From NCBI GenBank assembly GCA_963702435.1, contig CAVPCR010000004.1, forward strand, positions 32,001 through 96,000: a DNA stretch of 64,000 nucleotides, given 5' to 3'. Shown piece after piece: positions 18,380 to 28,390 of this stretch; positions within the stretch are counted from its first letter, which is position 1, and each line of letters begins with the position of its first letter. Source of the DNA: Candidatus Eiseniibacteriota bacterium. Its GTDB lineage: Bacteria > Eisenbacteria > RBG-16-71-46 > CAVPCR01. Position numbers and translations under genes: made by a program. The notes below the pieces were generated by a model. That model had not been told where the DNA came from and ran no database searches. It was given only the letters and a program-made list of their open reading frames with translations.

Positions 18380-20362
18380 ATGGGGACGAGAGCGAGCAAC
18401 CACGCACCTGGCAAATCGCCGGAGAAGGCCCGACCATTCCGGCCCGGCATCCCGGTGCTCGTGTTCGCGCTCGCCCTCGCCGTCCGCATCCCGTATCTCG
18501 TCGCGCTCGCGCGCACGCCGTTCCTCGAGCACCCGCTCCTCGACCCGCGGCTCTACGACCGGTGGGCGCAGCAGCTCGCCCGCGGGGACTGGCTCGGCCG
18601 CGAGGCATTCTACGCCAACCCCCTCTATCCGTACTATCTCGGCCTCATCTACGCGACGGTCGGCCGGCACCTGGTATTCGTCCATCTCCTGCAGCACGTT
18701 CTCGGGAGCCTCGGCGCGGCTCTCCTCGCCGCGACCGGCGAGCGGCTCTTCGACCGCCGGGTCGGCCTCGTCGCCGGATCGGCCGCCGCGCTCTACGCTC
18801 CCTTCGTGTTCCACGAGGGGAGCCTGATGATCGAGAGCCTCGCGCCTTTCCTCGGCGTGCTCGCGCTCTTCCTCATCGTCCGCGCCGGCGAGCGCGGCAC
18901 ACTCCCGAGGTGGCTCCTGGCCGGGGTCGCGACCGGCGTGTTCGTGCTCGCGCGCCCCAACCTGACGCCGCTCGCCGGCGTGGCGTGGGCGCTCGCCCGC
19001 CCGGCCGCCGATCCGATCGGCATCCGTGGCCGGCGCGCGCTCGCCCTCCTCCTCGGCACCTTCCTCGCGATCATTCCCGTGACCGCGCGAAACTACGCGG
19101 TGTCCGGGCAGTTCGTGCTCATCACGGCCCATGGCGGCGAGGCCTTCTACGTCGGGAACCACGCCGGCGCCGATGGCTACGGCACGCAACCGGACTGGGT
19201 CGACTCGGGTCCCGCGACCGAGCACGAGTCCTATCGCCGGCGGGCGAGCGCGCTCCTCGGGCGGGAGGTCTCGCTCGCCGAGTCGTCGGCCTACTGGCGG
19301 GATCAGGCCCTCGCCTTCGCCCGCGCCGAGCCGCTCGCGTGCGCGCGGCTCCTCGCCCGGAAGACCTACCTCTTCTTCCACGCCTACGAGAAGGGGGACA
19401 ACGCGAGCTACTACTTCATGCGCGAGGAGGTGCCCTACCTCCGCTTCCTGCCGGTGTCGTTCGGCCTCGTGGTACCGCTCGCCGCGCTCGGGCTCTGGGT
19501 GACGCGCCGGGCCTGGGCGCGCATGGGGATCGTGCCGCTCTTCGCGCTGGCCTATGCGCTCGGCATCATCGCCGCCTTCGTCCTCGCCCGCTACCGCCTC
19601 GCGGTCGTGCCGTCGCTCCTCCTCCTCGCGGCGGCGGCGGGCGTCTGGTGCTGGGACGCAGTGCGCGGGCGGCGCTACGCCCCGGTCGCGGCCGCGCTCG
19701 CCGGCGTGGCGGCGCTCGCTGCCGCCACCAGCATCTCGACCGCGGTCATCGTCAAGGACGATCCGGCGACCACGCACAACAACTACGGTCTCGTGCTCGA
19801 GGAAGCGGGGCTCCTCGACGCTGCGGCGGACGAGTACGCGGCGGCGAGCGCGCTCGTGCCGGGCCGCGCGCTCTATCGGGCGAACCTGGCCAAGGTGGAG
19901 CTCCGGCGCGGGCGCAGCGATGAGGCGCGGGCGCTCCTGCAGGAGGCGGTGCGGCTCGAGCCGGACTTCGCCGACGCGCACGCCGATCTCGGCTTCCTCG
20001 CCGAGGCCGCGGGGGACACGGACGAGGCGCTCCGCGAGTACATGCGCGCGGTGGAGCTCGATCCCACCCTCGTCGGACCGTCGCTCAATGCGGCGGTCCT
20101 CCTCGAGGAGGCGGGACGCATCGCCGAGGCGGAGCCCATGTACCGGCGCGCGCTCGCCGCGAATCCGGCGGGCTACCGCGAGAACGTGGGGCTCGCGCTC
20201 TTCCTCGTGCGGGCCGACCGGCGCTGCGAGGCGATCCCGCTGTTCACGGCGGCGCGCCCGCAGGCGCCCGGTCCGGCGATGGCGGCGCGCCTCGACTCGC
20301 TGGCCGCGGAGTTCGCGCGTGCGTGCGCCGGGACGCTGCCCCCCGCAGCCGGCGCGCCCTGA
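18380..20362 (+). CDS. GT-C (PMT/ArnT-like) membrane glycosyltransferase with C-terminal TPRs (paralog 1)
   Basis: LDPRLYDRWAQ...FYANPLYPY, multiple TM helices, TPR repeats. Confidence 0.85.
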   Translation: MGTRASNHAPGKSPEKARPFRPGIPVLVFALALAVRIPYLVALARTPFLEHPLLDPRLYDRWAQQLARGDWLGREAFYANPLYPYYLGLIYATVGRHLVFVHLLQHVLGSLGAALLAATGERLFDRRVGLVAGSAAALYAPFVFHEGSLMIESLAPFLGVLALFLIVRAGERGTLPRWLLAGVATGVFVLARPNLTPLAGVAWALARPAADPIGIRGRRALALLLGTFLAIIPVTARNYAVSGQFVLITAHGGEAFYVGNHAGADGYGTQPDWVDSGPATEHESYRRRASALLGREVSLAESSAYWRDQALAFARAEPLACARLLARKTYLFFHAYEKGDNASYYFMREEVPYLRFLPVSFGLVVPLAALGLWVTRRAWARMGIVPLFALAYALGIIAAFVLARYRLAVVPSLLLLAAAAGVWCWDAVRGRRYAPVAAALAGVAALAAATSISTAVIVKDDPATTHNNYGLVLEEAGLLDAAADEYAAASALVPGRALYRANLAKVELRRGRSDEARALLQEAVRLEPDFADAHADLGFLAEAAGDTDEALREYMRAVELDPTLVGPSLNAAVLLEEAGRIAEAEPMYRRALAANPAGYRENVGLALFLVRADRRCEAIPLFTAARPQAPGPAMAARLDSLAAEFARACAGTLPPAAGAP

Positions 20363-20430
20363 ACCGGCCGCTGCCCGCCGCCGATGCGGCTACTCGCTCT
20401 CGTCGGTCTCGCTCTCGACCGCCGCGGCGT

Positions 20431-21477
20431 TCAGGTGCCGGAGACCGGCGACCGCGACTTGTCTAGCGGCCTGTTTGCCGGCGTCCCTGTCTCCGCCGCC
20501 CGCTCGGCCCGCGCCGCCTCCGGCTTCACCTCGGCCCGCGCCGCCGGACCCGGCATCCGCACGTAGGTGAGCCAGCCGCGCCGGTCCTCGAGCCGCCCGT
20601 GCACCGCGTCGTCGTAGCCCTGCTCGATCATGCGCGTGATCGGGCCCGGCACCGTGTAGCCGATCTTGATGTGGTCGATCGAGCGCACCGGCGTGATCTC
20701 GGCCGCGGTACCGGTCAGGAAGATCTCCTCGGCGATGTACAGCATCTCGCGCGGGATCCGCCGCTCCTCGACCTTGATCCCCTGCTCGCGAGCGAGCGCC
20801 ATCACCGTGTCGCGCGTGATGCCGATCAAGAGCGCCGAGTCCCACGGCGGCGTGTAGAGGACGCCGTCGAGCACGATGAAGATGTTTTCGCCGCTCCCCT
20901 CGCTGACGAAGCCGTCGGCGTCGAGCGCCACCGCCTCCGCGTAACCGTCGGCGAGCGCGTCCAGCTTGATGAGCTGCGAGCTCATGTAGTTGGCGCCCGC
21001 CTTGGCCATCGACGGCAGCGTGTCCGGCGCGAAGCGCCGCCACGACGAGACCTTGATGTCGACCCCCGTCGTCTCCGTGCCCTCGCCCAGATAGCGACCC
21101 CAGGGCCAGGCCCCGACCGCGATCTCGATCGGGCAAGCGCGCGGATCGAGACCGAGGACCTTGTACCCGCGGTAGACCACCGGCCGGATGTAGCACTCCT
21201 CGAGCCCGTTGCGCTCGACCACCTCGCGAATCCCGTCCTCCACCTCCGCCGGAGTGATGTTCGGCTCCATGCGGTAGATGCGGCAGGAATTGAACAGCCG
21301 GCGGACGTGCTCTTTCAGGCGGAAGATCGCCGGGCCGTCCGCGGTGCGATAGCAGCGGATACCCTCGAACACGCTCGACCCGTAGTGGACGACATGCGAC
21401 ATGACGTGGATCTGGGCATCATCCCAGCGGACGAACTTGCCGTTCATCCAGATCCATTCGGTCTTGGGGAGTGTCAT
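20431..21477 (-). CDS. ilvE: Branched-chain amino acid aminotransferase
   Basis: HYGSSVFEGIRCY, AKAGANY, EGSGENIF, GITRD, TGTAAEITP. Confidence 0.97.
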   Translation of the reverse strand: MTLPKTEWIWMNGKFVRWDDAQIHVMSHVVHYGSSVFEGIRCYRTADGPAIFRLKEHVRRLFNSCRIYRMEPNITPAEVEDGIREVVERNGLEECYIRPVVYRGYKVLGLDPRACPIEIAVGAWPWGRYLGEGTETTGVDIKVSSWRRFAPDTLPSMAKAGANYMSSQLIKLDALADGYAEAVALDADGFVSEGSGENIFIVLDGVLYTPPWDSALLIGITRDTVMALAREQGIKVEERRIPREMLYIAEEIFLTGTAAEITPVRSIDHIKIGYTVPGPITRMIEQGYDDAVHGRLEDRRGWLTYVRMPGPAARAEVKPEAARAERAAETGTPANRPLDKSRSPVSGT

Positions 21478-21612
21478 GGTTCTCCTCCCGGGCGGCGCGT
21501 GCCAGCGCCGCCCCGGGCGCCTCTCGCCCGGGGGGCCCGGCCGGCGCCGGTCCCTACCCGTACGCCACGCTGTTGCGATACCGGCGCCTGTCGCCGCCGG
21601 CGGTCACACCGA

Positions 21613-22176
21613 TCACCCGGTCGTTCCCGGCGCCATCGAGGCCCCGGCCGGTCGCCCCCGCGCGGCGTGCACCAGACCGAGAACGCGCGCGACGATGTCG
21701 TCGAGCGCCGCAGTCGCCGCCGGCGTGAGCCCGGAGCCGAGCTCGATCGAGACCGGCACGAACCCGACAACGTGCACCGGCGGCAGCTCGATGGCGAGCG
21801 CCGCCGCCAGTGCGACGAGCCCGCCCAGCTCGAACTCGTGCGCCGACACGGTGGACAGCGCGCCGCCCGCCCCGGAGTTGAGCTCGAACTCGACCACCGA
21901 CCCCCGGAGTCGACCCGGCACCTTCACCGCGCCGATCACGATCACACGTTCGTAGCGGCCGAGAGCGGCCACCACGTCGATCATGGATGTCCCGGCGTCG
22001 CGGAGCTCGACGCGCGCCGGCCATCGTTCCCCCTCAAGTCGCGCGATCGCGGCGCTGCCGATGCCGTCATCGCCGAGGAGCGCATTGCCGATGCCGAGCA
22101 CGAGGACCGTCGGCCTGGGGCGCCGTCGCCTGGGCGCCACCAGGCCCGCAGCCTGGCTATGAGCGGTCGCGTTCAT
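21613..22176 (-). CDS. Hydrogenase maturation protease (HyaD/HybD family) homolog
   Basis: VLVLGIGNALLGDDGIG...DAGT...SAHE. Confidence 0.85.
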   Translation of the reverse strand: MNATAHSQAAGLVAPRRRRPRPTVLVLGIGNALLGDDGIGSAAIARLEGERWPARVELRDAGTSMIDVVAALGRYERVIVIGAVKVPGRLRGSVVEFELNSGAGGALSTVSAHEFELGGLVALAAALAIELPPVHVVGFVPVSIELGSGLTPAATAALDDIVARVLGLVHAARGRPAGASMAPGTTG

Positions 22177-22684
22177 CAGATTCGTCGGATTCGTGGAGTT
22201 CGACTGCCGGCCGGTCCCGGATTCCACCTGCGCGGGGCCCGGTCCGGATGAAGGGGCACCGCGCGGTGGTCGGCCGGAATAGGTCATGCAGAAAGGGTGC
22301 CGCCGGCCCGGAAGGGACCGGAGCCGGCCATGGGGACGACACTTAGGGAAGCTCCCGGGGCGCTGGCCAGCGGCGCTACCGGGGCGCGTTCCGGACTTCT
22401 TGGCAGGATTCCCGAGGCCGCCCGGGGACAGCCTGGCAGGGGGCCCGGCGCGGTGCAGGGAGATCCGGGTTCGCGCTCCTAGCCGGCATGGGCGACGAGA
22501 CTTACGACGTTCGATCGGGTCACGAGCCCCATCCGCTCCCCGCTCCCGGAATGAACCACGAGGAACCGCGCTCACACCGGCCTCGACCATGCGCGCTACC
22601 GCCAGCGGTCGGATCCGGCGCGTCCGGTCAGTCGTCGAGCCCCGCGGGGTCACGGCGCGCGTGCCGTCCCGAAGTCGGGGCGGG

Positions 22685-22722
22685 AAAGACGAGAGCGCCG
22701 GGGCTCACACCCCGGCGCCCTC
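22685..22722 (-). terminator. Intrinsic terminator for a leftward transcript
   Basis: Minus strand GAGGGCGCCGGGG-TGTGAG-CCCCGGCGCTCTC followed by GTCTTT. Confidence 0.6.
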
Positions 22723-23044
22723 TCGACGGGTCGCTCTCAACTCCCCGGACAACCAGCCTCCGGGTCGGTGCCTCCGCTTCCGTCCCCATCCCGGCGCCTG
22801 GCCGGACCCTTAGGTCCGGATCGCCATCACGAGCGGTCGTCCGCCCGGAGGCCGGTAGGCCGGGGAGCTAGCGAGCGACACGGTCCCGGCACCCATCCCC
22901 ATTTGGGTACCGGTTCCTCCTTGGTGCTGATCGGCCGGGGACGACCCCGGCCGGGGCACTAATCAGGAGGCCACCACCCCACCCATCCACACACTCAAGC
23001 TCTTCAGGTCGTGGTCACGATCGCTCGGCGCGACCGTGGCTGTT
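22685..23044 (-). ncRNA. Candidate sigma54-dependent structured sRNA (about 360 nt)
   Basis: Bounded by a -24/-12 promoter and a terminator; several hairpins; no convincing ORF. Confidence 0.4.
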
Positions 23045-23055
23045 TGACCCTGTTT

Positions 23056-23070
23056 GCACCCCCCATACCA
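23056..23070 (-). promoter_or_regulatory. sigma54 -24/-12 promoter (leftward)
   Basis: Minus strand TGGTATGGGGGGTGC, GG-N10-GC spacing. Confidence 0.55.
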
Positions 23071-23459
23071 GGGCACCCCGCGAACACCGCGCGATCAGAG
23101 ACATGTGCCCATCTGCTTATCAAGCAAGTACTTACCACAGTCAGAGGGGCTCCTCTGCGCCCGCGTCCGAGGTCGCGACAAGGCCTGGTCCCCCCCCGTT
23201 CTCGCCATTTCGACCACGGGCCCGGGTTTTCAGCTGCCACCCTGTCAGCCTGACCGCCTGCGCTTCCGGGCGAATCGGAGACCCTCCCGAACGGCATCCT
23301 CACTACCCTGCGGCCAGACTGGCGGACCTCTCGACGAATTGTCCACGGCAACAGGTAATGAGACAATGTGTCCATAGCAAACGGGGGCTCTGGAACGTAT
23401 CGGGAGACTCAAGATATTGTCTGTAAATAACTTGCGTCGGTCGATCCGGCCCCGGGGGC

Positions 23460-23474
23460 TGGCATGCCTCGTGC
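23460..23474 (+). promoter_or_regulatory. sigma54 -24/-12 promoter (rightward, for the response regulator)
   Basis: TGGCATGCCTCGTGC, GG-N10-GC; AT-rich IHF-like tract and repeated GAGACA(A)TGTGYCCAT upstream. Confidence 0.6.
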
Positions 23475-23542
23475 GACGAATGATCAAGGCCGGTTTGCCA
23501 TTCCTGCCGGCCATTGCCTTCCTAACTGCCCGAGGTGACGAC

Positions 23543-25075
23543 GTGAACGGAACCAAGGCGGTCATCCTGGTCGTGGATGACGAAGCTCACATCCGCGAAT
23601 CCCTCGACAAGACGCTGGCCAAGGAGGGGTTTCTCGTCCTCCAGGCCGCGACCGGGCAGGAGGCCCTGGAGGTCCTCCGCGAGCGGTCGGTCAACATGGC
23701 GCTCTGCGACCTGCGCATGCCGGTGATGGACGGCATGCAGTTCCTGAAGGCGGCGCGCGCCATGCGACCGGAGACCGAGGTCGTGATGATGACCGGTTAC
23801 GGCACGGTCGAGACGGCGGTCGATGCGATCAAGCACGGCGCCTACGACTTCATCGAGAAACCGTTCAAGCGCATCGAGCTTGTGAAGACGGTCGAGAAGG
23901 CGCTCGAGAAGCAGAACCTGCTCTTCGAGAACAAGCGGTTGCGCGAGGAGCTCGACGGCGAAACGGCCGGGCCGCGCTCGGTCATCGGCGTCAGCCGGTC
24001 CATGCTGCAGGTCATCGAGCTCGTCAATCAGGTCGCGGACTCGGCGGCCACCATCCTCATCGAGGGCGAGAGCGGCACCGGCAAGGAAGTCATCGCCAAC
24101 GCCGTCCACTACCGGTCGAATCGACGGAACCGCCCCTTCATCAAGGTGAGCTGCGCCGCGCTTCCGGAAACGCTCCTCGAGGCCGAGCTCTTCGGCTACG
24201 AGAAAGGCGCCTTCACCGGCGCCATCGGACGCAAGAGCGGCCGCTTCGAGCTCGCGGACACCGGCACCCTGTTCATGGACGAGGTGGGCGAGATCCCGCC
24301 CTCGATGCAGGTCAAGCTCCTGCGCGTGCTGCAGGAAGGGGAGTTCGAGCGGCTCGGCGGCACCAAGACCCTGCGCGTGGATGTGCGCCTGGTCGCCGCC
24401 ACCAACCGCAATCTCGCCGAGCTCGTCAAGCGCGGCAGGTTCCGCGAGGACCTCTACTATCGCCTGAACGTGATCACCATTTCGATCCCGCCGCTCCGCG
24501 AGCGCCGCGAGGACGTCCCGCTCCTCGTCGACCACTTCATCCGGCGCTATGCCCGGCGCAACAACCGCGCGATCGCCGGTATCTCCAAGGACGCGATGGA
24601 CCGCCTGATGGAGCACTCGTGGCCCGGCAACGTGCGCGAGCTCGAAAACACGATCGAGCGTGCCATCGTCCTCACCCGCGATACGATGATCGCCGGCGAC
24701 GCATTGCCGCCGTCGATCCTGTCGTCGGCCGCTCCCTCCTCGCGCGTGATCGTGCCGATCGGCATGAAGATGCAGGATGTGCAGCGGCTCATGATCAACG
24801 AGACGCTCCGCCACACGGGTGGGAACCGCGAGCTCGCGGCCAAGCTGCTCGGCATCGCCTCGCGCACGATCTACCGGAAGATCGGGCCCCGGCCCGCGGA
24901 TGAGGATGACTCGGACGACGAGGACGAGGAGCCGGAGGAGGAGCCCCGTGCGGTGCACGCCGCCGGGCGCGACGAGGAGGGGAGCGAGGGTTCCTTCCTG
25001 TCCCCGGATGGCTCCGACGACCACGATACGGAGGCCGCCGGGACCGCCGAAGACAGGCGGGCCAGCGGAGCCTGA
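23543..25075 (+). CDS. sigma54-dependent NtrC/AtoC-family response regulator with acidic tail
   Basis: REC domain (ILVVDDE), [24 protein letters not shown], Fis-type HTH. Confidence 0.96.
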   Translation: MNGTKAVILVVDDEAHIRESLDKTLAKEGFLVLQAATGQEALEVLRERSVNMALCDLRMPVMDGMQFLKAARAMRPETEVVMMTGYGTVETAVDAIKHGAYDFIEKPFKRIELVKTVEKALEKQNLLFENKRLREELDGETAGPRSVIGVSRSMLQVIELVNQVADSAATILIEGESGTGKEVIANAVHYRSNRRNRPFIKVSCAALPETLLEAELFGYEKGAFTGAIGRKSGRFELADTGTLFMDEVGEIPPSMQVKLLRVLQEGEFERLGGTKTLRVDVRLVAATNRNLAELVKRGRFREDLYYRLNVITISIPPLRERREDVPLLVDHFIRRYARRNNRAIAGISKDAMDRLMEHSWPGNVRELENTIERAIVLTRDTMIAGDALPPSILSSAAPSSRVIVPIGMKMQDVQRLMINETLRHTGGNRELAAKLLGIASRTIYRKIGPRPADEDDSDDEDEEPEEEPRAVHAAGRDEEGSEGSFLSPDGSDDHDTEAAGTAEDRRASGA

Positions 25076-25084
25076 TCCGGCGCC

Positions 25085-25930
25085 TCAGCGCCGCTTCCCC
25101 TCCACGTAGAGGATCGGCACGGTCAGCCGGAGTTCCCCGCGCGCGGCCGCCACGCGGTCGAGCCGCGCCTCGAGCTCGGCGAAGACGGCGGCCGCGGCGG
25201 ACTCGCCCGCGACCTCGCGCCAGCCGTCGAGAAAACCGGCGCGGATCAGCACATGGCGGAAGAGCGCCGCTCCGTCGAGAAACCGGAGGCTCCACTCCTC
25301 CTCGATCACGCGCGTTACCCCGAACCCCGCCGCCTCGATGTCGGCGCAGAGCGCATCCCGCGTGCCGCGGTGCGCCTCGTGCCGGGCGAGCCGCTCGACG
25401 CCGGCCGTCAGGCCGCGCCCGGTGAGCACCTCGCGGAAGACGGCATAGAACTCCCGCATGTGTCCCTTGACGTTGGTGGTGAGAACGAGCCGCGCGCCCG
25501 GCCGTGCCACACGCGCGCACTCCCGCCACACGGCGCCCGGGGCGGCGAAGTTGTTGACGCCGAGATTCGAGACGATGAGATCGAACGAGGCCGCGCGGAG
25601 TGGAAGGCAGGCGCCGTCGCCGCGCACGAGCGTGACGTGCGGGAGATCGTACTGCCGGCGCTTGAAGGCGGCGCGCCTGAGAGCCGCCGCCCAGACATCG
25701 ACGCCGACCAGGGTCGTGCCCGGCCCGTGCCGGTGCGCGAGCTCGAAGAGCGGGAACCCGGTACCGCAGCCGAGGTCGAGGATGCGGATCCCGCGGACGA
25801 GAGCCACCTCCTCGACGAGGAGGAGGCCGAAGCGCGCCGACCACAGGGAGACCTCGTCGAACGTCGAGACGACGTCCGGATCGTCGGGGTCAACGCGATG
25901 CCCGAGGTGGTCCGCCATCCTGCCTGTCAC
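25085..25930 (-). CDS. Class I SAM-dependent methyltransferase
   Basis: ILDLGCGTG...VGVDV...FDLIVSN. Confidence 0.9.
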   Translation of the reverse strand: MTGRMADHLGHRVDPDDPDVVSTFDEVSLWSARFGLLLVEEVALVRGIRILDLGCGTGFPLFELAHRHGPGTTLVGVDVWAAALRRAAFKRRQYDLPHVTLVRGDGACLPLRAASFDLIVSNLGVNNFAAPGAVWRECARVARPGARLVLTTNVKGHMREFYAVFREVLTGRGLTAGVERLARHEAHRGTRDALCADIEAAGFGVTRVIEEEWSLRFLDGAALFRHVLIRAGFLDGWREVAGESAAAAVFAELEARLDRVAAARGELRLTVPILYVEGKRR

Positions 25931-25937
25931 ATCCGCT

Positions 25938-27293
25938 TCACGCCGGCCTGGGCGGCGGCACGCTGCCGCGCTCGGCGGACGTCGGAGTCGTGCCCGGAAT
26001 CTCCCGCGGGCGCACGCACAGCCGCTCCGGCAGCACGATGCGGAAGGCGGCCCCGCGGCCGGGTTGCCCCGTGCAGCTCACTTCGCCGCCGTGCTCGAGC
26101 ACGACCTGCTGCACGAAGGCGAGGCCGAGACCGGTCCCCGTGTCCTTGGTCGAGAAGAACGGATCGAACACCTGCTGCGTCTGCGCCGGTTCGAGGCCCA
26201 CGCCCGTGTCGACGACCACCACCTCGATCGCGCCGTCCGGCTCCTCGCGCAGACGGATGGTGACCTTGCCGCCATCGGGCATCGCCTCCTGCGAGTTGCG
26301 GAGCAGGTTCAGCAGCACCTGCCGGAACTGGTTGCGGTCGAGATAGACGATCGGCCTCCGGTCCTGGGCGTCGATCTCGCTCGTGACGTTGTAGCGCTCG
26401 AACTCGGGGGACAGGAATTTGAGCACCTGCTCGGCCAGGTCCTTCAGGTCAACCTGCTCCAGATCGAGCCGCGGCATGCGCGCGAACTGGAGATACTCCT
26501 CGACGATGCGGCTCAGGCGGTCGATCTCGCCGGCGATCGCGCGCAGGAGATCCACCGCCTCGGTCGTATCCGCCCCGCGGTACCCGATGAGCTCGTCGTT
26601 CAGGAGTTCCGTGTTGAGCGAGATCGAGCTCAGGGGATTGCGGATCTCGTGCGCCACCTTGGCCGCCATGCTCCCCACCGCCGCCAGCCGCTCCCACTTG
26701 GAGAGCTGCCGCGTGCGCTCGCTCACCAGATCCTCGAGCCGTGCTTTCTGGTCGCGCACGAGCGCGAGGGTCCGCCCGACATAGGCCTCGGTGACCAGGA
26801 TCATGTCGAGGAGCAGGACCTTGTTGAGCGAGAGCATGGTCGCCTGCTCCGCAGGGCTCGCGCAGGGGAGCAGGCGCGGGGTCAGGTCGCGCAGGTAGAG
26901 CCAGTAGGCTCCCAGGTACCAGCGCGGAGCGAGCCCGATCCGTTCGTGCGCGGCGCCGATGCGGAGCCGGTCGCGGAGGTAGTCGTCGCCATAGTCGCCG
27001 CCCCCCAGCGAGCGGAGGTAGCCGCGCTGCAGGTCTTTCAAACGCCGATCGACGTCGGCCCGCGTGAGAACGTCGCGGGTCGGTTCGGTCGCGAGCAGAT
27101 GGTTGTAGAAGCGCTCGACGATCTCGTCGATGTGCGGACCGTAGCGCTCGAGCGCCGCCCGCAGCCGCCGCGCATCCTCCTCGTCGAAATCGAGAAAGCG
27201 CTTGATCTCTTCCCACGCGTCAGGGGTGGGTCCGGCCGGGGGGGGGCCGGGGCTCGGGGCGGTCTCCGCCGCGCCCGCCGGGCGTTGGCTCAC
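25938..27293 (-). CDS. Globin-coupled (protoglobin) sensor histidine kinase
   Basis: IVERFYNHL...RIGAAHERIGLAPRWYLGAY; H-box AHEIRNPL; N, G1 and G2 boxes. Confidence 0.92.
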   Translation of the reverse strand: MSQRPAGAAETAPSPGPPPAGPTPDAWEEIKRFLDFDEEDARRLRAALERYGPHIDEIVERFYNHLLATEPTRDVLTRADVDRRLKDLQRGYLRSLGGGDYGDDYLRDRLRIGAAHERIGLAPRWYLGAYWLYLRDLTPRLLPCASPAEQATMLSLNKVLLLDMILVTEAYVGRTLALVRDQKARLEDLVSERTRQLSKWERLAAVGSMAAKVAHEIRNPLSSISLNTELLNDELIGYRGADTTEAVDLLRAIAGEIDRLSRIVEEYLQFARMPRLDLEQVDLKDLAEQVLKFLSPEFERYNVTSEIDAQDRRPIVYLDRNQFRQVLLNLLRNSQEAMPDGGKVTIRLREEPDGAIEVVVVDTGVGLEPAQTQQVFDPFFSTKDTGTGLGLAFVQQVVLEHGGEVSCTGQPGRGAAFRIVLPERLCVRPREIPGTTPTSAERGSVPPPRPA

Positions 27294-27422
27294 CGAGACT
27301 CCTCCTCGATCGTGTGCGGATGCCTCTGCGAGCGCTCATCATTCCACGTCCCGGGTCCCAAGTCCAGGCGCGGCGGCGGGAGAGCGGCCGCGCCGTGCTG
27401 CCGGCAGGAGCGCGGCCACGCA

Positions 27423-28322
27423 ATGGTGCCGGTGTTGTATGCGGGCCGGCCGGGTGAAGACCACGGTCCTCTGCGCTACAATGCGCGCCGTGCCATCCTT
27501 CCCCCCCTCAAGCTCCGCGATCGCACTGCGCTCGTGACCGGCGCCTCGAGCGGGATCGGTCGCGCGCTCGCGTCGGCCCTGGCCGGCGAGGGCGTCCACC
27601 TCGTCCTGACCGCCCGCCGCGCCGATCGTCTGGCCGCAGTCGCTGCCGAGATCGCCGCCCGCGGATACGCGACACCGGTGGTCGTGGCCGGAGATCTCGC
27701 GGCGCCCGGCGGGCCCGACGAGGTGTTCGCGGCGGCGCGGGCGGCGGCCGGGGGGCCGCTCGACATCCTCGTCAACAACGCCGGCGCCGGCCGCGTCGGT
27801 GCGGTCGCCGACGCGGACCTCGACCGCCTCTCGGCGATGGTGCGCCTGAACGTGGACGCGCTCGTCCGCCTCACCCGGCTCGCGCTGCCGGAGATGATCG
27901 CGCGGCGCGACGGGGCCATCCTGCAGGTGGCGTCCACCGCGGCCTTCGTGCCGCTGCCCTACTCCGCTGTCTATGCCGCCACCAAGTCCTTCGTCGTCAG
28001 CTTCGCCGAGGCCGTGCACGCCGAGGTCAAGGAGCACGGCGTGCGCGTCGTGTGCCTGTGTCCGGGACGCACCGCCACCGAGTTCTTCATGGCGGCCGGG
28101 TACGAAACCCTCGCCATGCGCGGGACGGGATGGATGTCTGCCGAGGCAGTGGCCGCCGAAGGTGTGGCCGCGCTCGTCCGCGGCGATGCGCTGCGGGCGA
28201 CCGGGCGCCTGAACCGCGCGTTCGCCAGTCTCGCGCCGCTCGTGCCGCGTTCCGCGCTCCGGCGCGGTGCCGACTTCGTCATGCGCCGGCGCCGGAAGCT
28301 GGGTCGCCAGGACGGGCGGTGA
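27423..28322 (+). CDS. Short-chain dehydrogenase/reductase (start uncertain)
   Basis: TGASSGIG, NNAG, YAATK. Confidence 0.9.
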   Translation: MVPVLYAGRPGEDHGPLRYNARRAILPPLKLRDRTALVTGASSGIGRALASALAGEGVHLVLTARRADRLAAVAAEIAARGYATPVVVAGDLAAPGGPDEVFAAARAAAGGPLDILVNNAGAGRVGAVADADLDRLSAMVRLNVDALVRLTRLALPEMIARRDGAILQVASTAAFVPLPYSAVYAATKSFVVSFAEAVHAEVKEHGVRVVCLCPGRTATEFFMAAGYETLAMRGTGWMSAEAVAAEGVAALVRGDALRATGRLNRAFASLAPLVPRSALRRGADFVMRRRRKLGRQDGR

Positions 28323-28390
28323 CGGGACCGCGCCGCTTTGCCCGGCGTCTCGAGCCGCGCCGCCGGGCAAAGGAGTGGTAGAATAGGAGG

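Noticed and set aside
25458..28322. 954-aa SDR fusion
   Set aside because: The upstream part is antisense to the kinase and methyltransferase; the SDR starts near 27.4-27.5 kb.
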